Positions 1 to 13,000 of a DNA stretch of 64,000 nucleotides are shown here, one piece after another (the first letter of the stretch is position 1; the number at the start of each line of letters is the position of its first letter). This DNA is from Monocercomonoides exilis PA203 (taxonomy: Eukaryota > Protista > Preaxostyla), in NCBI GenBank assembly GCA_001643675.2, contig LSRY02000042.1, positions 248,001-312,000 on the forward strand, written 5' to 3'. Below the pieces are notes generated by a model. That model searched no databases. It was not told where the DNA came from and saw nothing but the letters and a program-made list of their open reading frames with translations. The position numbers and the translations under genes are program-made.

Positions 1-2629
1 TGCTCTTTTGCTTTGAAGGAAGAAGAAGAAGAAGATAAAGAAGAAGAAGAAGAAATGGAAGGAGGAGGAGGAGTAGAAGGAGAAGAAGGAGAAGGTGAGG
101 GAGAAGGAGAAGGTGAAACAGAAGGCGAAGGAGAAGGGAAAGGATGAAGAGAAGAGAAGAAAGAATGAGGCGAACGGAAAAATGGCTTGAACAAAGAGAA
201 ATGAAAGTTGAAAGGAAAACGAAAAGAAGAAGAAGAAGAAGAAGAAGAGGAGGAGGAAGAGGAAAAAGAAGAGGAAGAGGAAGAAGAAGAAGAAGAAAAG
301 GAAGAAGAAATATCATCATTTTCTTCTCCTCTTCCTCTTTCCCTTCCTCCTCCTCTTCTTCCTCTCTGAACTCTTCTTCCTCTTCCTCTCATTCCTCTCC
401 CTCTTCCTCTTCCTCCTTCTCCTTCTCCTCTTCCTCTTCTTCTTCTAAATGTGTGTGTGTTCAAATGCAGCCATTCTTTTGCAGTTCTCCACAATTCATT
501 GTCTGTTCCTGCCTGATCGATTTCTTCTTCTTCAACATCTTCTTCAATATCTTCTTCATAATTTTCATTATATTTTAATTCTTCTTCTTCTTCTACTTCT
601 TCTTTAAGTTCCTCTTCTTTCCTTTCCTTCTCCTTCTTCTCTTCTCCCTCTCCTCTCCCCTCCTTCTTCTTCCCTCCCCTTTCTCCTTTCTCTCCCCTCT
701 TCTTCTCCCCCCTCCCTTCCTTCACCAGCTGCCCCCAGATGTCCAGCAAAAGCGCCAGAACGTGTGTCAGCGTGCTCAGCCACCAGCAGAAGCAGAGCTG
801 AAACACAATCAGAAGAATCACCAGATGCCTCCATTTCAAAGTGCCGCAGCATCTTTGCGAGGTCAAAAAGGACAAGTAGAAAGAGATGGCAGGGAGGAGG
901 AAGGAAGGGAGAGGGGAGAAGACGAAGAGGAGGAGGGAGAGGAGCTGGCAGCGGGGGAGAGAGGAGAAGAGGAAGGATGGGGGAGTAGAAGAAGAAGAAG
1001 AAGAGGAGGAGGAGGAAGAGGAGGAGGAAGAAGAAAGAGAAGAAGAAGAGGAAGAAGAAGAATTTGAAGAAGAATTAGCAGCCGAATACTTGTTATACAG
1101 TGAAAGCGCTCTTGAATGGATAAGATATCTGTTTGAAGGAAAATGAGAGGAAATAAAAAGATTGAAAATAATTTGAGCGAAAAAAACGAGCAAAACGCCG
1201 ATTTCGAAGTGGACAAAGGGAGTTTTGTTGAAAGGGGAAGGATGCGTGAAGGGGTGGAGAGGGAGAGGGAGAGGAAGAGGAAGAGAAGAAGGAAGAGAGA
1301 GAGGAAGAGGAAGAGAGAGAGGGAAGTGAAGGAGAGGGGAAGGAGAAGAGGAAGAGGAGGAAGAGGAAGAGGAAGAAGAAGATGATGAAGATGATAATGT
1401 TTCTTCTCCTCCTTCTCCACCTTCTTCTTCTTCTTCATTCACAACACCCTTTCCTCTCTCTTTCTCCTCATTCCTTTGATTCTCCAATAACCTCCTCTTT
1501 TTCTCGGTATTTCCCTCTAAATCTTTCTCTTTATTTCCCTCTGTATTCTTCTCGAAATTCTTCTCTGTATTTTTGTCTGTATTTTGCACTGCCTTTTCCT
1601 CTTCATTTCTTTCTCTATTCTTCTCTTCTTTCTCTTCTCTTTCTCTATTCTTCTCAGCATTTTCTTCTATCTTTTTCATGTCTCTCATATTCTTCCTCTT
1701 CTCACACGGAAGCAAAGCGTTTCCCTCTAAAACCCTTTCTGTATTCTTCTCTAATTTTTCTGCTTCATTTCTCTTAAAATTCTTCTCTTCTTTCTCTTCT
1801 CTCCCTCTCTTTTCATTCTTCTCAACATTTTCTTCTATCTTTTTCAATTCTTTCATATTCTTCCTCTTCTCACACGGAAGCAGAGCAACCTGTTGAGAGG
1901 CAGAAAGAAGCGGCTGGTTGAGCCAAAAGCGCAGCGGAGGCGCAATGCGGAACAAACCACGCTGTTCAGAAGAAGAAGAAGAAGCAGAAGGAGAAGAAGA
2001 AGAAGAAGAAGAAAGAGAGGGTGAAGAAGGGGAAGAAGGGGAAGAAGAATTGTGTGAGAAAGAAGAGGAAGAAGAAGAATTTAATGAAGAAGAAGAAGAA
2101 GATGATAACGATGATGATGAAGTGTTTAAATCAGGAGGAGAAGGAGAAGGAGAAGAAGATGATGAAATGCAATTAATACAAGACTTTGTATTAGAAGATG
2201 AAGAATTAATTGCAGAAGAAGAATTCAATGAAGAATTAATATAAGAAGAATAAGAATCAGAAGAATCAGAAGAATTATTCCAATCCCCTCCTCTTGTTTC
2301 ATCGCACCCAAGTGCAAAAATCGAAGTTAAATGCGGTGTTAATCGGCAGAACAGGACGAGCAGCATAACCACCACCGCAGTCTGCGCAAACAGCGCGCTG
2401 TCGATTCGGAACCGCATCCGGACAATTTGGAGGGAGCAGAGGAAGAGGAGGTGGAAAGAGAGGAGGAGGAGGAGGAGGATGAGGAGGGTGTAGAGAGAGA
2501 AGGAGCTGAGAGAGCGGGAGAGGGCGAGGTGGGGGAAATCAACTTTGAGAGAGAAGAGGACACAGAAGATGGGGATGAGAGAAAAAGCAATGCGCATCAT
2601 GATTGTGAAGTGGTAGCTGACAGCTGAAA

Positions 2630-2667
<38 letters not shown>

Positions 2668-3341
2668 GAAATAAAATGAAATAAAATGAAAGTTGTAAAT
2701 AAAAACATACTTTTTGAGATCGTTGTGACAAAAAAGACAACGGATAGTGGAAAAAGAACTGCAGAAAACTTTATTCTTTCGTTGATTGATACAGGGAAAA
2801 TATATAATTTGCACAACAAAAGTGTTAAAAATATTGCAATTAGTCCCCAGCAAATCAGTTGAATCAACTGTTATCGCAAGAGTTTGAAAAAATCCTTGAT
2901 TTTAAACACGCAAAAAAATGAAATAATAATAATACATCAAACATTATTTAAAAGCCTAGATCTTTTCTTCCACAATGATTCTCTATATTTATGTGCAATA
3001 TTTGCTTTCATTTTGATTTTGAGTTGCCGATAACGTTCTTTCGGATTTGGTTCGGTTTTTGAATCAGCAGCAAAGAAATCCTTTCTCAAAAACTTCCTCC
3101 ATAAATCTGGACAATTAGAAGCAATCCTCCAGTCACGGCACACACGTCCTAGACGATGAACATCTTGAAGAGTTGGAAGTTTTGAAAAAACAATTTGCAC
3201 GACATCAAGAGGAAGCAAAGGAATAATGTTTTCTTGCAATTTCAAGTCATTTTCAGAAGGCTGACATTTTTTTAATTGTTTTTCCTTGACCTTAGAAATG
3301 CGTTGATCGCTATTTTCTTGCCCGAATCTGTACCGAGACAT
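1..3341 (-). CDS. F-box protein with multiple transmembrane segments and low-complexity Ser/Glu tracts; exons 3341-2943, 2867-2711, 2623-<1 (3' end outside window)
   Basis: Exon 1 has an F-box motif (LLPLDVVQIVFSKLPTLQDVHRLGRVCRDWRIASNCPDLWRK). GT..AG introns 2942-2868 and 2710-2624 join in frame. Hydrophobic segments: LIQLICWGLIAIFLTLLLC, IAFSLIPIFCVLFSL, TLLILLLLLLSFHLLFLC, ALFAQTAVVVMLLVLFC, HLVILLIVFQLCFCWWLSTL. Exon 3 was open wherever I translated it, and having no stop in the window would explain its absence from the ORF track. Confidence 0.8.
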
Positions 3342-4035
3342 AAACGTAAAAAAACAAATAATCAAAAAAATAAAATGTGAAAAGTATTGTTGTGGGTTAT
3401 CAATCAATGATGAAAACAAAAAATCATTTGTTTTTTGTGGCAATAAAAAAAAAAAAACAAGATTTGAATTGAAATATGTAGAAATTTAACAACTGCAAAA
3501 ACACAATCATTCAATATGCTTTGAGATTTCATGTTTGCCACGATTAAAAATTTCTTTAACTATTATTCTTCAAATCTCAGGGAAAAAATCTGAATGATTT
3601 TTTAAAGACTTTTCACAAAAATAAATAATTGATGTTGTTCCTTTTCTGATTTGAAATGTGTGATAATTTCAGTTTTCATTTATTTTCAGTTGTATGAATC
3701 TTTTTTTGGTTTGTGTTTATTTCCAAAATCTTTTTCAAAGAAGTCTGGAAAAATGAAACTTATTGGACCCGAAATTTTTCATATTTATTATCATGAAAAA
3801 AAAAAAAAAAAAAAAAGAAAGATAAAAAAAAATCACTTCGTTTCCATAAATGATTTATGAAAGGATGTGATGAATTTTCTTATTGATGTTGTCTTTTCTG
3901 TCTATTTGCGCAAGTGATTTATCATGTGAATCACGTTTATGAAAAAATCAATTATCCCATATATATATTCGAAGTCGAGAGTTTTTGTTAAAATTGAGAA
4001 TATTTGTTGTTGCGGATTTCTGGTGGAGGCTGTGA

Positions 4036-7000
4036 ATGAGATTGCTATGCTGTATTTTTTTTGGACTAACATTGTGCTTTGCATCTGTTTCAGATTGCAA
4101 AGATAGTGAGCAGTTTCTGGTGTTGAATGTTTTTTTTGATTTGCAAATCAACATAGGTCCAGATATCAGCAATGTGAGTGTGCCTTTAATCTTAAAAAGA
4201 TTTTTTTGAAATATGTGCGCTTATGTATTTTTCAAAAATAAATTTCAATCTTGAAAGAGAACAATTTGCAAAATGCTCTTCTTTCGCATTTCACACTGGA
4301 CAATTCGTCGTTGGTGACGTTACACTGCAACATTTATCATTGTTCTGATAATCCAATTTTCGGATGCATTTGCGAATCATCGCTATATATTTTTCAGTGT
4401 TCCATTCATTTCAAAGATTCAATATGTTCAAGCCCAATCTCCTTGTCCGAGAGCACGACAAGCTTGTTGAATATCAGTATTTGCTGTAGCTTTTCAACAT
4501 TTGTTGTTCCTCCATTGATGGAATCCAATTTGTCAACTTCAGGATTCTGTTGCGGGTCATTGTCAATATCTCATTGCTCGTTTTCCTCAGTGACTACTTC
4601 GTCTGCACCATTTCTTTTTGCAGAAGGTGTTGCAAGTGTCTCTGCTTTATATTCTGCATTTGAAAATATGACGAATAACCAAGCGGTGAATTCAATTCAT
4701 TATCCTTTTACAACCCCCTCTTCACATCATTACACGTCAATTAGCCACTGCTCATTCTTTTCTGTCAGTGATGTGTATGATGGAGGACTATTTCAATCTG
4801 TAAACTGCCCTCGCACATCACTGACTTCGTTGAACAACACATTCATTTCTTGTAATCGATCATCGAACACTGATTATTTTGGAGCTGAAGAAAATCCCTT
4901 ATCTCTGCAAAGGATATCCATTCCTGATACAGGAGAGCATTCATTTGTTTGGTGTGAATGGAAAAATGCATCTCCAAGTTCTGGTGGAGGAGCGATTTAT
5001 TTGGGATATACAGATTCATCTATTTATGTAAATCACTGTTTGTTCGACAATATAAACGTCACAAAGGCTGGACAAGAAAATCATGGAGGCTCACTATATC
5101 TTTCGAGAATAAATGATGTGAATGTTGAATCTTCGAATTTCAGCAGATGCAGCGCAAGTCATGGCGGAGCTATTTGCAGTGTCGATCACTCAAACTTTGA
5201 GCAATACAAAGATCTTAAATTTGAAAATTGCTCCATTTCAGCTTCTTACGGAATGGTATGTTACTTGCGCCCAGAATATCTAAGAGAATCAGGAACGTTT
5301 ATTTTTTCAAACAGTCAATTTGTGAAGAATTCTGCTGGAGTCGCTGCTGGTTGCATCTATTTCAATGAAAAATTTACGAGTGCCAATCTTTCAATCTTTA
5401 TGATCAAAGAGAATGTTTTTCTTTTCAACACCTTAGATGGAACGACCATTCAGAATAATCGCAATGGAGGAACAGGAATGTGCTTCGATAAGATTTCTGA
5501 ACAGTTTGCTCAGAAACTATTCATTAAATTTTGCTTTTTCCACAAAAACATTGCAAAAAACGGAATGGGAAATGATGTGAAAATTAATGGAGGAGAAGTC
5601 AATAACAATCCATTTTTTGAATCGTTTTCGACTACGATAGAGAAGCGAGTTTGGTACAACAGCACAGCGGATAGCGAAGTTTACAACGGATGGATTCCTG
5701 TGAAGGTGATGCTTCTGACTCGATATGTTCATGAGAATGGAAACGACATGGAAGAACTTTGTGGGATGAACGACTCAATTCCGTGCAGAACGATTGGGCA
5801 TGCATTTGGAAAGGTGAGGAACGATGTGGAGTGCAGAGTGATACTGCTTGAATCAGCCTTTGCTCCATCTTCTGTGCTATCCATCAACAGAAACGAAGTC
5901 AAAATAATTGGAAATGGAACAGACAAGACTGTCATTCGGACAAGCATGCTGTCAAGTTCCTTAATGTTGTTCACTATCGAAACCGGATCTTTGAGTGCAT
6001 CTTCATTGACAATTGACCACAATACTGCAACAGAAACAGTTGGGATATTATCTATTTCTGGTTCATCTGGGACAGCTCACCTGAAGCATCTTCTGATCAC
6101 TTCGGCGAGAGCTCAGCCCACTTCTTTCAGTAATCCGTTGTTTGACGTCGCTTTTGGAAGCATTTCAATTGATTCCTGTATTGTATCTTCTTTGAAAATA
6201 AGTACTCAATTCATCAAAGCTCCGATTTCATCTTTTTCCGAGATATCAAATACACGCTTCACAGAGGTCATTCGAAGCTCAGGAAATGGAGGAGTGATTG
6301 AATGCAATCCGATAAATACAGAGTCATTAACATTGAACAACATCTCGTTTGATAGGTGCAAGTGCGAGAATGGAAATGGAGGATGCATTTCCATTATAAT
6401 GCAACCTGGCTCAAAAGCGAGACTTGGAGAAATTGATTAGCTGACTTTTGCTGACTGTGGCTCACAGGGAGCAGGAAACAACGGATTTGGAGGGGCAATA
6501 TTTCTGAAATTGGAGAACTCGGCCAATGATTTTGTCTTTGACAAGATGACATTCACAAACTGTCGTGCTTCGCAATTCGGAAACAACATTTTTATTGAGG
6601 CGGCGAACTTCAGCCAAGTGATCAATGCAGAGCGGTTGAAGTTCAATCCTCAACTGAACGTGCTCACTGATCTGTGCGGGTATGAAAATGGTGATCGTTC
6701 GTTTGCGATTCCTCTTGTTCTTTTTCTCCGAAGCAAACCGAGCGAGTTTTATGTTGGAAATACGAATAAACGAGATTGGTACATGTGTGGATTTGTTGAC
6801 GAGCAATGCTCAACAGTGGATTATGTGTTTCTGCAGCACAAAACATCAAGTGGAATGTCAATTGTTGTTGATGGAAGTTCCACCCTTTCGCGAGAGATAT
6901 TTTTGTTCGATGGCTCCACAAATGTTAGAGGGATTGGATCTCAGACACAGCTCATCGTTAACAACAATTCGACAAAAAATCAAGACGGGATGATTGTTAG

Positions 7001-10000
7001 CAGAGCGACAGTTTCTTTTTCGAGCATCAAGTTTTATTTGCCGAGTTCGCTGTCTGGAAGAGAAACTCTATTTCTGGTGCAGTCAGGATCTTTCTCGTCT
7101 GAACACTGTGCGCTGATGCTAATGTCAGACACAACATTGTCTTTTGGATTTGTTGTCAGCACTGGTGGAACAAGCATAGTGAAGTCGCTTGTGGTGAAAG
7201 GATTCAAATTAGCAGAAGCACCGCTGATGATTTCACACACAAACGGGCAATTGATTATTGATCTTTGCAACATTTCGAATACAACTGCCACATCAAATGA
7301 AGGAATAATTGAATGCACAAACGGAGGTTCGCTCACTCTTCAGAATTCAACGCTGGAAGGAATTGTGTGCAGCAGAAAGTCCCCCATATCGATTGAAAGT
7401 GTGAAAACAGTGAAAGTGGCAAAAATCAACATGAAATCTGTCGAGCTTGCAAATGGAAATGGAAGTGCAATGAATATTGTGGTGAATACTGGAAATATTG
7501 TTGAGATTTGTGAATCAACGTTTTATGATTGTTTGGCTTACTCGGGTTGTGGAGGAGGGATATATGTTTCGTTTGCTGGAAGCGGAAAGCTGAGTATCGG
7601 AAAAGAAGAAACACTCACATCATTCACCAAGTGCAGAGCAAGTGAAACAAGAACTCAATGCGGATGTGGCGGAGGGTTGTTTGTGAAGGCTGCTGGCCAG
7701 TTCAATGATTATTCGATTTCTTCAGTCAGCTTTATGAGCGGAGTTGAAAAAACCATGCAGCGAAAGGAGGAAACAACATGTTTTTTGATGAGGGGAATTT
7801 GGCAGATTTGGTGAATTCTGGAAAAGTGAATGTGACGATCTCTACAAGCACAGCAGAATACGATGATGCAATGGGCTTCGAAAATGGAAATGATAATTAT
7901 GCAATCCCTCTGGCTCTTTATTTTTTTGATCCATTCCCTTTGCCAGCAGTCGTTGGAGGAAACAACAAGAGAGATTTCAGTGGATGTGGCCATTCCGGTT
8001 TTCCATGCTCAACAATCGCATTCACAGCCAATCTTCGTTTTTCTTTATCGGACAAAGACATTTTTCTTGATCCTTCATTTGTTTGGAGCGAAGAAACAGA
8101 AATGACGTCTGGAGAATGGAAAGTGAAATGTGCGCAAAAGAACACAAGAATTGTGATTTCTCCTCCACTTCCAACAGATTCTCCCTCATTAATAGTTGCA
8201 ACTCAGCCAGCAACAATCACGAATATCACGTTTGCATTGCCATTGTCGCTCAACTCCAGAACATCCTTGATTCAATGCAACGGAAATAGCCTGATATTGA
8301 ACAGTTGTGGATTTTCACGAATTAATTCTGAAGAGAGAAGCGAAATCAGTTATATCTTTGCAAGAATAAGTAGTGGAACATTTGTTGTAAATGGTTTTGT
8401 TGTTGTTGCAGAAACAAATAAAATTGCATTTTCAGAGAGTCTGTTTTTGTTTGAGGGAGGAAGTTCGTTCACGATGCAGAGCTGCGAATTCAACGGAATA
8501 ACCGTGAAGAACGGAAATGGTGGACTGCTTTACTCAAACGCGATTGGAGGAGACTCCGAGATTGTGATTGACGGATGCCAAATAAGTTCATCATGCGAAG
8601 ACGGAAACGAGCTGAAAGGAGGAGCTTTGTTTGTCCAGAAACAGGGGAATATGGATGTCACTGTGAAGAACACCAGATTCAACATCTGTTGTGTGCCAAG
8701 CAGTGAAGAATTAAATGGAGGAAGAGGATTTGGAGGAGGGATATATCTGCATATTACAGATAATAATGGAATTTATTCACTGAAAAACCTGACATTCTTT
8801 GAGTGCAAAGCGTGGAAAGGAAACAACATATTTGTGGACGCCAACAACTTGACTGAAGCAGTTCGAGCGGATAACTTCCAAATAGCTTGGAGGGGGATGG
8901 ACAAAACGGATTTGATGGGGTATGAGCGAATCTCCTGCAATCGAGAATATGCGATTCCTTTGGCTGCATTTCTGACTTCGTTTTCAGGAAGCGGATATGT
9001 TGTGGGTGAGGAAGATGGAGGATACGATCACTCAGGATGCGGATTTCAATTTGCACCTTGCCATTCAATTGGCAGACTTGTTGAATTGAGATTTGGATCA
9101 GTGCAAGAGCAATGTGTTGTTGTGGTTCTTCCATCATTCCAGCTGGATAGCTGCACAAGGCTTGCCTCGTGTTCTGTTTCAATTTTGGCAACAACAAAAG
9201 GCACATCAATTTTTGTCTGCAGCAGCGGAAGCGTGGATGGTGATGGCTTAATCGAGACAGCAGCAGAAGTGTCGATTACGAATATCTCTTTTTCGCTGCC
9301 TTCGAGCTTCGTTGAAACTCCTCGTTTGTGTTTAGTTCTGTGCCAACAATCAACTTTGAGAGTTTCTAATTGCTCAGCGACAAGGCAAGTGGAAAGTGAG
9401 GCAATTCAATTCAGCATTCTTTGTGCAACAGGAGGTGAAGTGCATTTGGCTGAATTTGAGCTTAGAAGAATTGATTTTGGAGAAGTTGCTTCAGTTGAGC
9501 TGAGTGGACAAGGGACATCATTATTCATAGCAGGATGCACTTTTGAAGGGATTGAGAGCCAGGCTCCACATGGGCTTATTCACTTGAGTGATGGATCCTC
9601 AACCGACATCAAAAAGCTGAAAGTCAATGGAACAACACTGGAAAGTGGCAGTGTTATTTCTATTGAGGAAGGAAATGGAATGAAGGTTGCATCGAGCGAA
9701 TTGTCGAACGTGACTCGCAACAGCGGGAATGGCTCAGTCTTTTCGGGTGTTGTTGGGCAAGGAAAGCGAGTGGAGATCAGCAACTGTGTGTTTTCGAAGG
9801 ATATGTGCCAAGGAGAGATTCCATTTGGCGGGATGGGGGCATTGAATGTGTCGGATGGAGGAGAGCTGATATTCACTCTGAACAGAGTGGAGAGCTGCAC
9901 AGCACTGGGAGCACAGGGATATGGAGGAGGGCTGCACCTGAAATTCGATGCAAATGCACAGTATTCGATGAAGTCAAACACTTTCACAGGAAATCTTGCT

Positions 10001-13000
10001 TCAAAGGGAAGTGACTTATTCCTGCTTTGCGGGAATCCAGAAGCGTTGATCAAAGAAGATCTGTGGTTTGGGACAATTGACGAACTGAACACGCCCGAGC
10101 AAAGTTTCTGGGTTATGGATTCGGTTGAAAGCCCAGTTATTGACTATTCGATCAAGAAATATCTGTTTTCTGGAACAGGAGATATTATTTTTGTTGAGGC
10201 AGGAAAAAGCACTTTGCCGAACTGTGGAAGCGATGCGAATCCATGCGATCGATTGGAAGTTGGGATGAGCAACCTCAAAGAGAACCAAACGACTGTCCAG
10301 ATCAATAACCACAACTGGGTTTCCAGAGAGATGAGAAGAGATGGGAAATCGCTGACGATCCGTGGGGTTGCAGCCAAATCTGAGCTGAGAATAGAAAGCA
10401 ACGGGTTTTTCAATGTTATTGATGACCTAACACCAACGGTGCTTTTGCTCAACAGACTTATTTTCAAACTTCCTGCCTCTCCTGCAGAAGGAAACGTTGG
10501 AGTTATTCGGATGAATGGCGGACGACTGACAATACTAAGCTGCAAATTTGGAGGGAGTGAAGGTTCTGAAGAAGCTGGAAAGCTTTGGATCGTTGTTGGA
10601 GGAGGTGGAGAGATTCATTTTGAGAGCGTTGTCCTTTCACATATGACTTTTCTGTCGAGCTTCGGAATTGCTCGTATGGAGAGAGGGAAAATGTCCATCA
10701 ATAATCTGAATGCGTCTCATGTTACATCTGAAGGAGATGGATTGATCCAGGAAATTGAAGGTAAAAGTTTTGAAATCAATGCTGCAAATATTACTGATTG
10801 CTCTGCTTCTGATGGAGGAATATTTGTTCTTAAGAATGTTGAGCAGACTTCAATTTCTGGAGGATGTGAATTTTTGAGATGCAAATCGATCAACAATGAT
10901 GGAGGTGTTACCAAATGTGAGCTTGCCTTCGAGAATAGATTCGATATGGAAAACGTTGAAATAAGTGAATGTGAAGCCAATGAGACAAGCGGAAGAGGAG
11001 GAGGCACTTTTCTTTGTTTAAGTGATGATTCCACAAACAACTTCAAATTTGGAGAAATGGAGTTTATCGAAAATAATGCTTGGTGCGGGAGGGATTTGTT
11101 TATCAGCTGCTCTGACCTGAACCAAACAGTTAATAACAGTCGCTTCATTTTTGATTTATTTGATGAAAATGGAGCATCTGTAGTGGATATGAAAGGCATA
11201 GACAGCACACTATTTGATGGCGAAGCAATTGATCTGTTTCTGTTTCTGGTGAAATACGAATCGGATGAGGTATTTGTTGAACAAAATGGCTTTGATGTGA
11301 TTGGGTGTGGCAGTTTGAGTTATCCCTGCTCATCTTTCTGGAGAGGTGTGAAAAACGCTAATTTGAGTTCTTCATATAGAATTATATGGATTGGCTTAAA
11401 CGCAATCATTCAAGATGAATATGATCTGTCCAATTTCGAGGTCAAATCTTCAGTCTCTGAAGCACCTGCAAAGCTTGATTTTGCTTCTGAAATTATTCGT
11501 TCCGACTTTTCTTCAGCGTTGATTGTCAATTCGAAGAATCTTCAATTTAACTTTGTTGATTTCGTGTTGCCGTTGGAATTCAGCACCAATCGGCAAGTTC
11601 TGATATCTTCTTCTCCTGAAAATGGGATGTTTCATTTGATTGATTGTGCATTTTCAGCGAGGCAACAAGGCACGCTTTCATATTCTCTGATTTCTGTGAA
11701 TGGAGGAACATTTTCGCTGATTCGTTGTACAATTGAAGATGTGAAGTTTGATTTCACGCCTATTTCTGCTTCTTCTTCGGCTGTAATTGAAGCATGCAAT
11801 ATTTCTGGATCCAAGACAGAGAATGGGGAAGAAGGGGGAGCACTTCGAATTTCGTTGAAAGCAGAGCAGCAATTGATGATCAACAAAACAATAGGGGAAA
11901 ATTGTGAATGCTCATCGACAATTGGAAAAGGAGGTTTTCTTTTTGTTGACAGCACAGATTCAGAAAGCTCCGCTCCTTTTGTTTTTGATGCAATCACTTT
12001 GGAAGCCAACAAGGCGAGAATTGGGGAGCATATTTTCATTTTGTCGATTGATTTGAACTCAACAGTGACGTCATCTTCATTCATGTTTGATTATTCTTCA
12101 ATGGAAAATACAACAAACCTTTTTGTGGGGAATGATGATTCCTGCAATTGCACTGACCTCTTCAGATTTCTTGTGGGCTATTCAAATTCCCAAATATTTG
12201 TTTCTTCACTTGGCTTTGATGTGAAGAGATGTGGAAGTGAAGATGATCCTTGCTTTTCTTTCTGGAAGGGGATACAACAAATTGATCAAAGCGAAACAAA
12301 GAAGAAGATAATAATTCACAACAAGACAGTTTTGAAGGACAGCTTTGTTCTTTCTAACTTCAAGATATGCTCTGGAACAACAACTGAAGTGGAAGCCAGC
12401 CATTCGACGTTGGCTGTGAACCAAGAGGAGCCAGCAGAAGGCAAAGGATTGATAAGAAATAGCAAGACGCTGACATTTTCGTGGATAATTCTTTCAGCAG
12501 AGTTTATTTGTGAAAATGGAGAGAAAGTCATTGTGAAAAATGAAGAAGGCACTTTGTCTTTTGAAGATTGTTGGTTTTCTTTAACAAGCGCGGACAATAC
12601 GGCTCAAAACTGTGTGTTTGTGGAAATGGTGAAAGGAGAGCTGAATGTTGATTATCTGAAGGTGGAGAGAGTCCACACAAAACGAGGTGTTTTCGATGTG
12701 TGTGATGGATGTGAATGCAGCGTGAACAAACTGAGCATTCTTTCATCCACAATCGAGAGTGGAAGCATTATTAATGTGAAGGATGAAGACGTAGCAATGA
12801 GAAATAACGCGAAAACAACAATTGGAATTAACGAATCAACTTTCTTTTCAGTTTCAAGAGCTGATGATGGACCGTGTGTTTGCATGAGCTATTGCAGCAA
12901 CAGTGGTAGTGTTGAAATGACTGTGAAAAATTCATCTATCGAGTCGTGCAAAGCTCTTTCATCTGAGAAAGGCGGTTCTGTTTTCTCTTTTCTGAGCTCA

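Noticed and set aside
144-2627. Many + strand poly-Glu/poly-Arg ORFs
   Set aside because: Antisense shadows of the Ser-rich minus-strand F-box gene.
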